Assembly (NCBI RefSeq): GCF_006345805.1
Contig: NC_042999.1
Coordinates: 46,314,001 to 46,378,000, forward strand
DNA: 64,000 nucleotides
From: Octopus sinensis
Lineage: Eukaryota
Direction: 5' to 3'
Shown here: in pieces, positions 40,327 to 53,529 of the stretch
Position numbering within the stretch: the stretch's first letter is position 1
How the letters are laid out: every line of letters starts with the position of its first letter
Made by a program: the position numbers and the translations under genes
The notes under the pieces: model-generated
The model's database searches: none
The model's input: the letters and a program-made list of their open reading frames with translations, nothing else
What the model was told of the DNA's origin: nothing

Positions 40327-40640
40327 AGGGCGCGTGGCTTAGTGGTTAGGGCATTCGGCTCATGATCGTAAGGTTGTGAGTTCGATTCCCGGCGACGCGT
40401 TGTGTCCTGAGCAAGACACTTTATTCACGTTGCTCCAGTCCACTCAGCTGGCAAAAATGAGTTGTACTTGTATTTCAAAGGGTCAGCTTGTCACTCTCTG
40501 TTTCACGTGATTATCCCCGAGAACTACGTTAAGGGTACACGTGTCTGTGGAATGCTCAGCCATTTGCACGTTAATTTCACGAGCAAGTGTTCCGTTGATC
40601 GTATCAGCTGGGACCCTCGTCGTCGTAACCGGCGGAGTCT
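40327..40640 (+). mobile_element. Mosaic SINE: C-type head/core with D tail type 1
   Basis: GTGTCCTGAGCAAGACACTT...CTCAGCTGGCAAAAATGAGT followed by the 4510-4697 tail. Confidence 0.75.
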
Positions 40641-40741
40641 TTTAAAGTATGAGTATATGCTGCTGAAAAAATATCTACGTAATTTTTATTTTTAATTTCA
40701 ATTTTTAAATGGATATAACTGTTAATGCATTAATTCATTTA

Positions 40742-41130
40742 TCGATATATATAAAGCTGAAGTTGTTTGTGTATTGCAGGTTTGGTAGCCTTCAACTAAC
40801 ACTATCTCCCCCGAGACCCTGCGGCGCAAGTTGACTAAAATTGAGAGTATGATAGAAGGCTTGCTCTTCCTTCCGTAAAAGAAAAAATTCAAATCGGACA
40901 ATGTTAAGACCAAAAATTATTTACATCAAAAAGGTGTGTTTTTTTTCTATGAAAATCCCTATTTTTTACAATTTTTTGACTGCTGTGTCGCCATTTTTCG
41001 GTGTATTTCAACCAGAAAAATGTTCACTTAAAGAGAATAACAAGCTACATAATGCAAAATTTTTACTTTTAAAAAATTCCAATTCTAAAGGGTCGAAACA
41101 AACCCGAGCAACGCCGGGCGATTCTGCTAG
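40742..41130 (+). mobile_element. Non-autonomous Helitron family F
   Basis: A|TC ... hairpin ... CTAG|T. Confidence 0.85.
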
Positions 41131-42424
41131 TATTTTGTATATAATTATTTACCATATGCATTTAGACTCTGCCCTTCGATTTAAGGTTTTCTTCTATTTT
41201 ACAACAAAATGCATTTATACTGAATTTTGTTTATCGCATGCTTAAGGCCTTAGGATCAACGAAACAACACCATTTTCAAAAGTGTATCATTTAAACTTTT
41301 TTATGTTTGATTATATCGTAATTTCTGTTCCATTCTAACAAAACTGTCCGACGGCAGTGGACGTAAAACTCCGAGTAACAGATTCTGTGATATTTCTGAT
41401 GCTTTTTAATAAAGTATATTACCCTACCTCTGGTATTTGAGTACTCTTTTTTCCACCTTGTTTTGCATTTATTTGCTTACTCCGGTCTCTCTCTCTCTCT
41501 CTCTTTCTCTCCCTACACACACACACATATATATATGATATATATATATATATATGTACACATCTTCTCTGTTGCCCCTCTCTCTCTTTCACAGCTTTTT
41601 TTTGTAAACCATCTGCTTTAAAAACTCGTACGTCGACATCGGCGGGATTGACCACAAACACACACACACACACAAATTACATTTTATTTGATTATTTATC
41701 TACTTTGTATATTTATTCTAGACTATCGTTTTATTTTTTAGAATCCAAACCGAGGAGGCATCCCACCCAAAACGTTAACTGACACGTCCCAACAACAACA
41801 TAATACAAACTTACTTATTTTCATGAATTTATCGACTGATATTCGTTACAGAGAAAGAAAAAAAGGCGGTACCCCAGCATGGCCACACTCCAAAGCTTGA
41901 AAAATGTGAAAAAATAAAAGATATTTTACAGTGTGTGTTTTTATTAACAAGTTAGAATAAATTCAAAACAATGAAATCCCGTGGATGTATTCCACTGAAT
42001 TTAGGTAAATAATCCTTTGAACAGACGGTCAGTAGCGCCGCATACTAGGTTCGGCTGCTCTACATTGATAAAGGGCAAATACCCTGAAACTAGTCTTCAA
42101 ATACCTGACCAGCAAGGGGAAGCGGCTGAACTCCCCTATTCGGAGGTTATTAATGTTACACAGGTTCGTGTGTCACATATTTCTAATAATGAAAATAGGA
42201 ATATCTAAAAAACGCGGAGTTATCTCCCTTACACCGTCTTTCATTGCTACTTGATGTAGGCACAGATATTGCTGTGGTCATCAACTCGCTGATAGAATCG
42301 TATGAACACTGTTGTGACACGCTGCATGCCTTGGGCAGTTTTATACCTGGCAGTCCTCTCCAGGTTTGACCAGAACCCTTTCCTTCCCCCGAAGACTAAA
42401 TATATGGTGCAAGAGCGGCTGTGT

Positions 42425-42858
42425 GGTAAGATGCGAGCTGGCAGAATCGTTAGCACGCCGGCCGAAATGCTTAGCAGTATTTCGTCTGCCGCTACGTTCT
42501 GAGTTCAAATTCCGCCGAGGTCGACTTTGCCTTTCATCCTTTCGGGGTCGATTAAATAAGTACTAGTTACGCACTGGGGGTCGATATAATCGACTTAATC
42601 CGTTTGTCTGTCCTTGTTTGTCATCTCTGTGTTTAGCCCCTTGTGGGTAGTAAAAAAAAAAAAAAAAAAAAAGGTATTTTGTCCGTCGCTGCGTTCTGAG
42701 TTCAAATTCCGCCGAGGTCGACTTTTGCCTTTTATCCTTTCGGGGTCGATTAAATAAGTACCAGTTACGCACTAGGGTCGATCTAATCGACTTAATCCGT
42801 CTGTCTGTCCTTGTTTGTCTCCTCTGTGTTTAGCCCCTTGTGGGCAGTAAAGAAATAA
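42425..42858 (+). mobile_element. SINE family A dimer
   Basis: Full unit joined to a second unit lacking the A-box. Confidence 0.85.
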
Positions 42859-42864
42859 GAAGCT

Positions 42865-43260
42865 TGTTTCCTGGTCACATGACTCCGGGTTCAGTCCCAC
42901 TTCGTGGTATCTTCTGTGTGTCTTCTACTATAAGCGTGCGGCCAACCAAAGTATTGTGAATGGATTTGGGTAGACGGTAACTGAGAGAAGCACATCGTAT
43001 ATGCACACACACACACATCTGGTGTGTGTGTTTGTCTTCTTGCCTGTGTTTGTCCCCACCATTGCTTGACAATCGTTATTCTGCTTAGCAGTTTGGCAAA
43101 AGAGACTGGTAGGATCGATAGAATAAGTACCATGCTTAAAGAACAAACAAACAAACAGAAAAGAATAATTACTGAGATCGGTTCGTTCAATTAAAAACAA
43201 AAAAGAAACAAAATTCTTCAAACCTGCAGCTTAATGACTGAAGCAAGTAAAAGATAAAAA
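42865..43260 (+). mobile_element. Diverged SINE family B copy
   Basis: Degenerate head, core and tail. Confidence 0.65.
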
Positions 43261-43270
43261 GAAAAAAATT

Positions 43271-43780
43271 TCTATATATAAAACTGTAGTTGTGTGAGTG
43301 TCTGTCCCCTTCGATTTAGATTCCTAACTACTCCCACATTTTGAGGTGCAGTTTAACCAAATTCAGGTATCTTATAGTCGTGATTCATATCGAGCCCGTC
43401 TGAGTATTAGCGCGCGTCTACGATGAGTCTACGATTTTAAAAATAATTTAACATCATTTTTTATTCCATTTTAATGCATAATTTTTCGTGTGTCGATGGC
43501 GGCGGAGTTGGCGTCCATGGTCACACCTGCACCTGTTTGCTTCTCCCCCTTCTTCCCTCCCTCGTGAAGCTGTGGGGAAGGGAGTGTAAGGAAATCAACG
43601 TCGTAAAGCGTTGTCAAGGAGACCAGCATTCTTTTAGAACAACGACTTCATGGCTTGAAGACACCAAAACAGAAATGGCTAAGAAAGCCCGAATTGGCAT
43701 CTATAAGGAAGTAACTCTCTAAAAATGCTTATATAGTTATTTCCCTTACAAACCCGAGCAACGCCGGGCGATACTGCTAG
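43271..43780 (+). mobile_element. Non-autonomous Helitron family G variant
   Basis: 5' part and 3' terminus shared with 38282-38683; different interior at about 43480-43700. Confidence 0.82.
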
Positions 43781-44439
43781 TTAATGATAAATTAAAGCTC
43801 TGAAATAGAACGAATGAGTAAAGAAATCAGAACAAATCATCTTTAGTACAAAGTTAGTATAAACGCATCGATCCTGAATGGATGAACGGTAAAATTAATC
43901 TCGGCAAGATAGATTTCTTTATTGGCCACGCAGGGCTAAACACAGAAGGGACAAAATACAAAGTAGAGCTTTTCATTTTGGGAAGAACAGAAGGGGGAGA
44001 AGTGGGGGACGAATTCCGATCAAAAGGGATCGTGAAAAAAAAAAAGTGGGGCCGATCAATAGGGATCGTGTATCACAGAAATGCCAATGTAAAAAGGGAA
44101 AACAGATTAGGTTTGTCCGTGGATAGAAAAGCCTACGGAAAAGACCACGGGAACCTTGGGCAATCGTGTCATGCAAAAAGAAAACAAATTACAGTAAGTG
44201 GGTCTCTCGGCAAGATATGAACTCAGTGAGAAGAGGATCGGAATGATAACCGCTAAGCAATGGCTGGTTCTCTATAAAGATACATACATTGATATAAAAG
44301 GAGGCGAAATTTCCATGCCAGAAGATCGGAGTAAATGCTTGGCGTTTTCCCTTCTGTTTCTCTTTGCTACGAGGTCAAAGATAAAAATGAAGAAAGAAAG
44401 AAACAAAGAACGAAAAAGAGAAAGAAAGAAGGTAGATAG

Positions 44440-44656
44440 ATAGACAGGCAAACAGAGAGACTGACAGATAGATAAATAGAGAGATAGAGATAGAGAGAGA
44501 GAGAGAGGGGGGTAGGCGAAAAGCAGACGATACACAAACAGACGATAGATAGATAAAGAGACGATAGTTAATCAGACAGACAGACTGATACACAGATAAA
44601 TAAATAGACAGAGAAGCCGACGGACAGACAGACAAATAGACAGACAGATATATATA

Positions 44657-44689
<33 letters not shown>

Positions 44690-44848
44690 GATAGATAGAG
44701 AGAGAGCGAAAAGCACACGATAGACTAACAGACAAATGGGATCTTTTCATTTTGAACAAATGAAATAGATTGACAGACAGACGATAGATAAACAGACAGA
44801 CAGACCGATACACAGATAAATAAATAGTGGCCGACGGACAGACAGACA

Positions 44849-44902
<54 letters not shown>

Positions 44903-44960
44903 ATAGATAGATAGATATATAGATAGATAGATATATAGATAGATAATAGATAGATAGATA

Positions 44961-45020
<60 letters not shown>

Positions 45021-45160
45021 ATAGAGAGAGAGAGAGAAAGAGCGAAAAGCACACGATAGACAAGCAGACGATAGATAAACAGACAGACAGACCGATGCAC
45101 AGATAAATAAATAGACAGATAGAGAGGCGGACGGACAGACAGACAAACATAAAAAAAAAA
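44440..45160. repeat. Compound (GATA)/(GACA)/(TA) satellite with three higher-order units
   Basis: GCGAAAAGCA(G/C)ACGATA and ACAGATAAATAAATAG...CGGACAGACAGACAAA each occur three times. Confidence 0.8.
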
Positions 45161-45389
45161 CAATACTAGCGATAGTAGTAGAATTGCAGATGAATACAAA
45201 CACATTGGGATGTTGCCCGTTCTAAATGTTCTTATGTATTATTTATTCATAAGTTTATAAATTTGTTTAATTCATTTCTTCTATTCTTCAGAACAAACGA
45301 CGAAGCATAGAATGTCAATGTATTGCTAATATAAGCAAGTAAAATGGAAACTGAATAGACAGGACGAGCATAAAATACTGTGACGTCAT

Positions 45390-45985
45390 ACATACATACA
45401 TACATTATGGCCGCCCCCTCGTTATTGAGTATGGCCATTGCACGAAGCTTAACTGTTATTGGTGCTGTGATCGAATGTGACTTTTTAGCCCAGCTAAAGA
45501 TCTACAATGTCTTGTACAAAATTGGCAACTAAAACCTTTACCGCTAATAGCCGGCTGTAGTTGTAACTGGGCTTCATGTACCTTTACATGTCGTTTAAGT
45601 CCTCCTGCCGAATTACACTCTCTTCCACATGCCAGGCAGATATAATTAGTAGATATAATTAGAAGGCGGCAAGCTGGCAGAAACGTTAGCATGCCGGGCG
45701 AAATGCGTAGCCGTATTTCGTCTGCCGCTACGTTCTGAGTTCAAATTCGGCCGAGGTCGACTTTGCCTTTCATCCTTTCTAGGTCGATAAATTAAGTACC
45801 AGTTACGCACTGGGGTCGATATAATCGACTTAATCCGTTTGTCTATCCTTGTTTGTCCCTTCTGTGTTTAGCCCCTTGTGGGTAGTGAAGAAATAAGATA
45901 TAATTAGCATGATGTGTTACACCACCACCAGTGGCCAGGTTGTCACTCATCTGTCTCACTTTATGACTACGAAGTCTATGTAGTC
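45390..45985 (-). mobile_element. 3' fragment of a second RTE LINE with C2H2 fingers, interrupted by SINE A
   Basis: CLACGRECNSAGGLKRHVKVH and CQFCTRHCRSLAGLKSHIRSQH; short 3' UTR ending in (ATGT)n. Confidence 0.75.
45663..45895 (+). mobile_element. SINE family A with 12-bp TSD
   Basis: AGATATAATTAG at 45651-45662 and 45896-45907. Confidence 0.92.
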
Positions 45986-46006
45986 AGACATACATACATA
46001 CATACA

Positions 46007-46072
<66 letters not shown>

Positions 46073-47341
46073 GAGATATGTATGTGTGTGTGTGTGTGTG
46101 TGTAGCATTGTGTTTATGTTATATCTGTCCTCCACCTCTGCTTGACAATGTTACCTTAGTCACTACGGCTTAGTGATTCAGCCAAAAAGTGCGATAGAAT
46201 CCAAGACTTTCAAATTTAGTACGGGGGTTGGGTCAATTTTCTCAATTAAACCCTTCATGGCTGTGCCCCAGCATGGTCACGCGCCAATCACCGAATCAAG
46301 TAAAAGACGAAAAAAATAAAAAAGAATAATCATTAAATCATAATTTCCAAAAATTACGTAGTTTCTTAAAAATTTAGTATTGGTTGCAAAGTGTAAGGGA
46401 GGTAACTCGTTGAAAGGAATGAATTATTTACTTGCCGAAATTTCATCTTCCGAGCGTAGTTTGGAAAGCTGATAGGGATTGACAGAATGGTGTTTCAGAC
46501 AGGAATAAGGTGTATAACCTGCTTTTGTGTAAGAGATGATGAGTGAAATCTAGACTGGAATGAAGTCCATAGATGTAGACTTATATATAAGTCCATCAGC
46601 TGTATACATTTACTTATTCCTACTCTAATTCTCTTCTGTTTTAATCTACACAATCTCCAGCACATCGAAACCTCTCCACATCCCTATTGGCTCCAGTTAT
46701 GTCCCGCTGAAAATTAGACATGAATACAGTTCTAGAGGCACTCAGCTGGAAACCTAACCTGTGACGACTGCAAAATGACTGAGTTTTATTCGTACAAAGA
46801 AATCAGTTGTCCCACAGGGCGATGCACGAGTTTCTATCCTATCACTAGCTGTGCTCTCTACACAAAGTAAAACAATCCCATCACCTTCAGTAGAGTTAGG
46901 ATCATGAGTATCCTGCTAAAATAACGACCTCCTACAACGACATAATTTCCAGTCTGAATCGAGAACGGAGCAGGAGTTGACCACAATGCTTAACTTAAAA
47001 ATTAACCCACAAACACAAAAAAACTCTAAAAGGTGGGGGAGATCACCAAGAAGAAATAAGGAATAATGTTTTCAAATTTTGTCACAAAGGCAACAAGTTT
47101 GTGTTAGGGGATGATAAACGGATTACATCGACCCCAGTGTTTCACTGGTACTTAATTTATCGACCCGAAAAGGATGGAAGGTAAGGCTGACCTCGGCAGA
47201 ATTTGAACTCAGAACGTAGCGACGAATTATATATAAGTCTATATATAAGTCTATTGTCATTGATGAAGGAATCACACCAAAATGCTCTTGATTACTTGTT
47301 TATTCCAAACCTTCTGAGGAACGATATTCGGTGCGGTTTTA

Positions 47342-47738
47342 AGGCGGCGAGCTGGCAGAAACGTTAGCACGCCGGGCGAAAAACGTAGCTGTATTTCGTC
47401 TGCCGTTACGTTCTGAGTTCAAATTCCGCCGAGGTCGACTTTACCTTTCATCCTTTCGGGGTCGATAAATTAAGCACCAGTCACGGCACTGGGGGTCGAT
47501 GTAATCGACTTAATCCGTGTGTCTGTCCTTGTTTGTCCCCTCTGTGTTTAGCCCCTTGTGGGTAGTAAAGAAATAGGTATTTCGTCTGTCTTTATGTTCT
47601 GAGTTCAAATTCCGCCGAGGTCGACTTTACCTTTCATCCTTTCTGGGTCGATAAATTAAGTACCAGTTACGTACTGGAGTCGGTCTAATCGACTGGTCCT
47701 CTCCCCCAAAATTTCGGATTGTGCCTACAGTAGAAAAG
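47342..47738 (+). mobile_element. SINE family A dimer ending in alternative tail A2
   Basis: Unit 1 has the A1 tail; unit 2 ends CTCCCCCAAAATTTC...GTGCCTACAGTAGAAAAG. Confidence 0.85.
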
Positions 47739-48277
47739 AATATTCGGTGCGGTTTTGGAATAGCTATCTTCTCGAAACTCCCTTATCTCATGAGAACATG
47801 AAAACAGAAATTATTATTTGTTCTTACATATTCCTGTTTTTCTCGTAACAGAAATTACGATTCTGAAATAAATATTTTTCTGGAAATTTCATTCGTATTT
47901 AAAAAATTTTTTGAATATTTTTTCAGGCTCATTTCTGAGCTGTTTTGATTCTCATGAATTCTGCCTAACATTTTTGGTACAACAATGAAAAAACGATTAA
48001 TCCGAATCTCTGCAATTTTTTTGATTGGAGATGCATGTCTGTCCAGACATAAGATGTAATAAGAATAAATCTCGAAAACAGGCAATTCCTTTGTTGTCGT
48101 TTCATATGATCACGCAACCAAAATTCGAAAACATTTTCGTCTTCTAGTTGCCATTCCTAACACTGTTTACAATTTTACTTTGATATCCTTCCATATTCAT
48201 TCAAATAAACTAACAAATCAGAAATACTAAATGTCTAAATCTCTCGTAGAGGCATGTACGGTGGTGGGGCGATAGAA

Positions 48278-48534
48278 TGGTTGTATACTGTCAATCTAAC
48301 ACGAACGTGACAGTAGGGGGGTACACCACCGCTGTTTAGCCCTAGAAAGCATCGACACCCCCTGATGGCTTTGACACATTTTTCCTGTGTCCTTATATAC
48401 GTTTACGAAGGGGGGAGGAAGGACACAGGAAAAATGTGTCAGAGCCATCAGGAGGCGTCGATGCTTCCTAGGGCTAAACAGCGGTGGTGTACCCCCTACT
48501 GTCACGTTCGTGTTAGATTGACAGTATACAACCA
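48278..48534. repeat. Fold-back palindrome related to 59287-59790
   Basis: TGGTTGTATACTGTCAA...TGTGTCCTT mirrored by AAGGACACA...TTGACAGTATACAACCA. Confidence 0.9.
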
Positions 48535-49169
48535 AACTAACAAATGTTGTCCTTTATTTCTTAAAATTAGTTACTGCCTCTACTAATAAACGTCTTCTTT
48601 TCAACAATGTTGAAGCTTAATAAGTTAAAATAGAATGGATTCTGTGAAATGTATGAGGTAATAGAAAATAATAACCTATTTCGAAGTATTTGCTGATTCG
48701 ATTCGGTTGCTCACGAGAGCAATATATACATACCTCATTAAGGTAGGGCAGGAGCCCTTTTGTTAGTTTACCGGCATATTGCATGGAAGCGTGACATATT
48801 TCGGGTCTGGTCTCAAACAATTTACTTCATCACGCAACCAAATATTCGATGGTATTTCGTTTTACAGGACCTCATATTCTTTACAGATTTTTTTTTTTGA
48901 TGGGATGAGCGGACGCAGGTGAGAAATAACATATTTAGAAAGAGTAAAGGAAAGACACACACACACATACACAAAGTATTATAGCATTAAACCAGTGATT
49001 GTCAACCATTTTACAACTATTTTTGTCTCTCGTCCCACTTCGATAGCCCTAAAAAAATGTACCTCTACCATGTACGAACAAAATATTTAGCATATATTAC
49101 GCAACAGAGATTTTTTTTTTATCAAAGCTTAGCTGCAAATTTTTTTTCTTTATATTTCCATGTTACTTC

Positions 49170-49334
49170 TTGGGCACTTTGGGCAAGTGTCTTCTACTAT
49201 AGCCTCGGGCCAACCAAAGCCTTGTGAGAGGATTTGGTAGACGGAAACTGAAAGAAGCCCGTCGTATATATATATATATATATAATATATATATTATATA
49301 TATATATATTATGTGTGTGTGTGTTGTGGGGTGT

Positions 49335-49376
<42 letters not shown>

Positions 49377-49585
49377 TTGTGTGTTTGTTTGTCCCCCCCC
49401 AACATCGTTTGACAACCGATGGTGGTGTGTTTACGTCCCCGTAACTTAGCGGGGTTCGGCACAAAAGACCGATAGAGTAAGTACTAGGCTTACAAAGAAT
49501 AAGTCCCGGGGTCGATTTGCTCAACTAAAGGCGGTGCTCCAGCATGGCCGCAGTCAAATGACTGAAACAAGTAAAAGAGTAAGGA
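49170..49585 (+). mobile_element. SINE family B (5'-truncated)
   Basis: Core, microsatellite and tail. Confidence 0.85.
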
Positions 49586-49867
49586 GAGAGAGAGAGCGAG
49601 AAAGAGAGAGAGTAAATAAACTACTCTTCACAAAAATATTGGCAACCCCAAAAGATAGGATATGGGTCATACCTTGAGAAAACATCTGGGTAGAGAATAA
49701 CAAGCACTTAAAATAAACTCAAACAAAATCATTAACTATCGATATTAACTGAATGATGACTATCAAAGTATGTGATGTTAAGTGGAAAATTATAATTGAT
49801 AACCGATCAGGTACACAAATATTCAGCGGATCGATTATTTATATTTTTACTAGAGAATCGGTGATGT

Positions 49868-50285
49868 AGGCGTAGGAGTGGCTGTGTGGTAAGTAGCTTG
49901 CTTACCAACCACATGTTTCCGGGTTCAGTCCCACTGCGTGGCACCTTGGCCAAGTGTCTTCTACTATAGCCTCGGGCCGACCAAAGACATGTGAGTGGAT
50001 TTGGTAGACGGAAACTGAAAGAAGCCCATCGCATATATATATATATATATGTGTGGTGTGTGTGTGTATGTGTATGTGTGTGTGTGTGTGTGTGTGTGTT
50101 GTGTGTGTGTGTGTGTGTGTGTTTGAGTGCCTGTGCTTGACAACCGATACTGGTGTGTTTACGCCCCCGTAACTTAGCGGTTCGGCAAAAGAGACCGATA
50201 GAATAAGTACTAGGCTTACAAAGAATAAGTCCTGGGGCGGTGCTCCAGCATGGCCACAGTCAAATGACTGAAACACGTAAAAGAG
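49868..50285 (+). mobile_element. SINE family B
   Basis: Full head to tail. Confidence 0.88.
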
Positions 50286-50419
50286 TAACGATTAATATAA
50301 TAATTAATATTAACTTAGTGAGCTGGCTGAATTGTTAGCGCCCTGGACAAAGTGCTTCGCAACAATGGTCCCAGGATGTCAATGTCGACTTTGTTTTTCA
50401 TACTTCAATCAGCTTTTTT

Positions 50420-51187
50420 TTTTTTCCACTTTAGGTACAAGGCCCGAAATTTTGGGGGAGGGGACCAGTCGATTAGATCGACCCCAGTATGCAACTGGTA
50501 CTTGATTTATCGACCCCGAAAGTATGAAAGGCAAAAGTCGACCTCGGCGGAATTTGAACTCAGAACGTAGTGGCAGACAAAATACCTATTTCTTTACTAC
50601 CCACAAGGGGCTAAACACAGAGAGGACAAACATGGACAGACAAACGGATTAAGTCGATTGCATCGATCCCCAGTGCGTAACTGGTACTTATTTAATCGAC
50701 CCCGAAAGGATAAAAGGCAAAGTCGACCTGGGCGGAATTTGGACTCAAAACATAACGGCAGACGAAATACCGCTAAGCATTTCGCCCGGCGTGCTAACGT
50801 TTCGTTTTTCTTTATTGCCCACAAAACATAGAGAGGACAAACAAGGTCAGACAACGGGATTAAGTCGATTACATCGACTCCAGTGCGTAACTGGTACTTA
50901 ATTTATCGACCCAGAAAGGATGAAAGGCAAAGTCAGCCTCGACGGAAGTTGAACTCAGAACATAACGGCAGACGAAATACCTATTTCTTTACATCCCACA
51001 AGGGGCTAAACAAGGACAGACAAACGGATTAAGTCGATTACATCGACCCCAGTGCGTAACTGGTACTCATTTAATCGACCCCGAAAGGATGAAAGGTAAA
51101 GTCGACCTCGGCGGAATTTGAACTCAGAACGAAATACTGATAAGCATTTCGACCGGCGCCCGAACGTTTCGGCCAGCTCGCCGCCTT
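50420..51187 (-). mobile_element. SINE family A multimer (about 5 partial units)
   Basis: Repeated core and junction motifs. Confidence 0.85.
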
Positions 51188-51947
51188 AATCAATCAGCTT
51201 TTTTACAAACGACCTGTACAAATGATTCATTTATAGTGATCAAATGTATGTGCTGTACATTAGTTCACTCCCTCCATCAAATTGACGGCAGAGCAGCCTG
51301 AGATAAAGGAAATTTGATAAGACAGTCAGTCGTCCGCTGACTCTTGTTGACGCTACATCGAAGAGGCCAGGGAACAGAAGAAAGAAGGAGAAAGAAGATG
51401 TGCACTCAACACCAGAGCTGAAGACACCTCTGAAAGGTGTGTGGATGGGGGGCGCCACGTCAAAACGGTAGAGGATTAGGGGGCCGAAACCGGACGTGGT
51501 TCCTCCTGATGATGTCTTGAGCTAACTGGATCCTATAAAGGAGCTGTTGTGGTAGCAGACCACGAAACATGGTTGAAATTCCTCATGCCGAAGAACACAA
51601 CGCATCACCCCCTCGGTCTAGGAATTGAAACCGCAATCTCGCGATCGTGAGCGCAACACCCTAACCACTAAGCTATGCGTCCTCAGTTTTTCTGTTGCTG
51701 TCGTCGGTCGGCATTCGCTCTGCGAATCGGTTTATGTATATGTGTGAGCGTGTGTGTGTTTGTCCCCAACATTGCTTGACAACCGGTGTTGGTGTGTTTG
51801 TGTCCTAGTAATTTAGCAGTTCGGCAAAAGAGATCGATAAAATAAATACCAGGTTTAAAAAAAAAGTACCGGGATCAATTCATTCAACTAAAAAAGGTTC
51901 TGCAAGACAGTACCCCAGCATGGCCGCAGACTAATGACTGAAACGAA

Positions 51948-52354
51948 TCTATACATATAAAGCTGAAGTTGTCTGTGTGTGTGTGTGTGTGTGTGTGGCA
52001 GGTTTGGTAGCCTTCAGCTAATAGTATCTCCTCCGAGACCCTGCGGCGCAAGTTGACTAAAATTGAAAGTATGGTAGAAGAAGGCTTGCTCTTCCTTCCG
52101 TAGAAGAAAAAATTCAAATCGGACCATGTTAAGACCAAAAATTATTTACATCACAAAGGTGCTTTTTTTCTATGAAAATCCCTATTTTTTACGATTTTTT
52201 TGACTGCTGTGTCGCCATTTTTCGGTGTATTTCAACCAGAAAAATGTTCACTTAACAAGAATAACAAGCTACATAATGCAAAATTTTTACTTTCCAAAAA
52301 TTCCAATTCTAGAGGGTCGAAACAAACCCGAACAACGCCGGGCGATACTGCTAG
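51948..52354 (+). mobile_element. Non-autonomous Helitron family F inserted in a SINE B tail
   Basis: GACTGAAACGAA|TC...CTAG|TAAAAGATAAAAGA. Confidence 0.87.
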
Positions 52355-52664
52355 TAAAAGATAAAAGATTAAAAAAATATACAAATCAGGAAAGAAAAAG
52401 AAAACATCGTAAAAAAACCAAACTTCAGCAATAAAGAAGTGGCTGGTGGTGGTGGTGTGGAAGGTGGAATAATTTTTTTAAAAAAAGATCAAATTTGGAA
52501 ATAGATTTCTCCCGCATCTTAGACGTATAAACCCGAAGAAATATCGGGGTGACGAGGGTTACAGGTAGATAAATGTTACGCGTACGCTACGATCGTTTAT
52601 TTTCTATTTGTCCAACACCGCCCACCCCACACACTCACCTTCCCCCCTCTCTCTGTAAACACAC

Positions 52665-52704
<40 letters not shown>

Positions 52705-52970
52705 CATTTCTTTACTCTTCCTACGTGAAGACTAAAAAGGTTTAAGGATTAGCAGTGGAAGCCCGTATGTCACTAATCCCGATAGCTTGTGTTGTTGTTA
52801 GCCAGTTTTTTGATCGTTCATTTTAGTCGTTGGACGGATTAATTAAGCAAAGCAGACTACCTGGTTTATTATTTTTCTGTTTTCGTTTGGAAGAAAAATA
52901 CTCAAGTGTTGTTCTATTAATGATTTTTTTTACCTTTCCGATGTCTTAAAGTACACTTTTCATAACAATT

Positions 52971-53023
52971 ATGTCTGATGGTTATTACCAGAGTGCTGCC
53001 CCGAGAACCGCACGAAAGAAAGA
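52971..53023 (+). CDS. Tentative first coding exon of the Inturned-like gene (MSDGYYQSAAPRTARKK + split codon)
   Basis: ATG in a CpG-retaining unique region; donor GA|GTAGTT is phase 2, matching the acceptor at 59859; no homology support seen. Confidence 0.3.
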
Positions 53024-53026
53024 GTA

Positions 53027-53082
<56 letters not shown>

Positions 53083-53495
53083 CGTTGTTGTTGTTGTTTA
53101 TATCATCTCATCCTCGTTGTTATGTCGGATGCTTTCGTTCACCCTAAAAGGTGGTTGTCCATTCAGTTCGGAGATGCCCAATTTTTATAACGCTATTCAT
53201 TATGGTTTTTTTAAAAATATTTTTGTAGTATTTATTGTTATTTATGTAATTCATTTATTGTATTTATTGTTCTCAAAACCCCCTTTTTTTTTGCCAATTT
53301 CTCTTCCCCCGCCCCCTAATGTAAACCATCTCCTATTCGTAATTCTGGCTATTTCTCTCTTCGTCTGTTACCTTACGTATCGGACCTACATAATCAGTTA
53401 GAAAATTATGTGGTCTTGTAATCGCTTTGACGGCCCGTGAACTGAGATTATCAATTATTTAACAGAATAGTAGTAATAGTAGCAACAGCATGGTT

Positions 53496-53529
<34 letters not shown>

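Noticed and set aside
41344-41381. Hammerhead-like CTGT-CCGACGG...TAAAACTCCGAGTA-ACAG
   Set aside because: Core has several mismatches and stem II is unconvincing; at best a dead remnant.
46600-47000. Unique mid-GC segment with a 54-codon open frame on the minus strand
   Set aside because: No motif and no consistent splice sites.
48733-48918. Possible small exons (minus donor GAG|GTATGT near 48733; plus 48887-48918 ending GTGAGA)
   Set aside because: No convincing acceptor or recognisable peptide; cannot be linked to a gene without RNA data.
50420-51187. CRISPR-like array
   Set aside because: Units are SINE A multimers with no unique spacers; eukaryotic context and no cas genes.
51417-51445. 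CTGAAGA followed by hairpin CACCT/AGGTG
   Set aside because: No GAAA or stem III after the hairpin.
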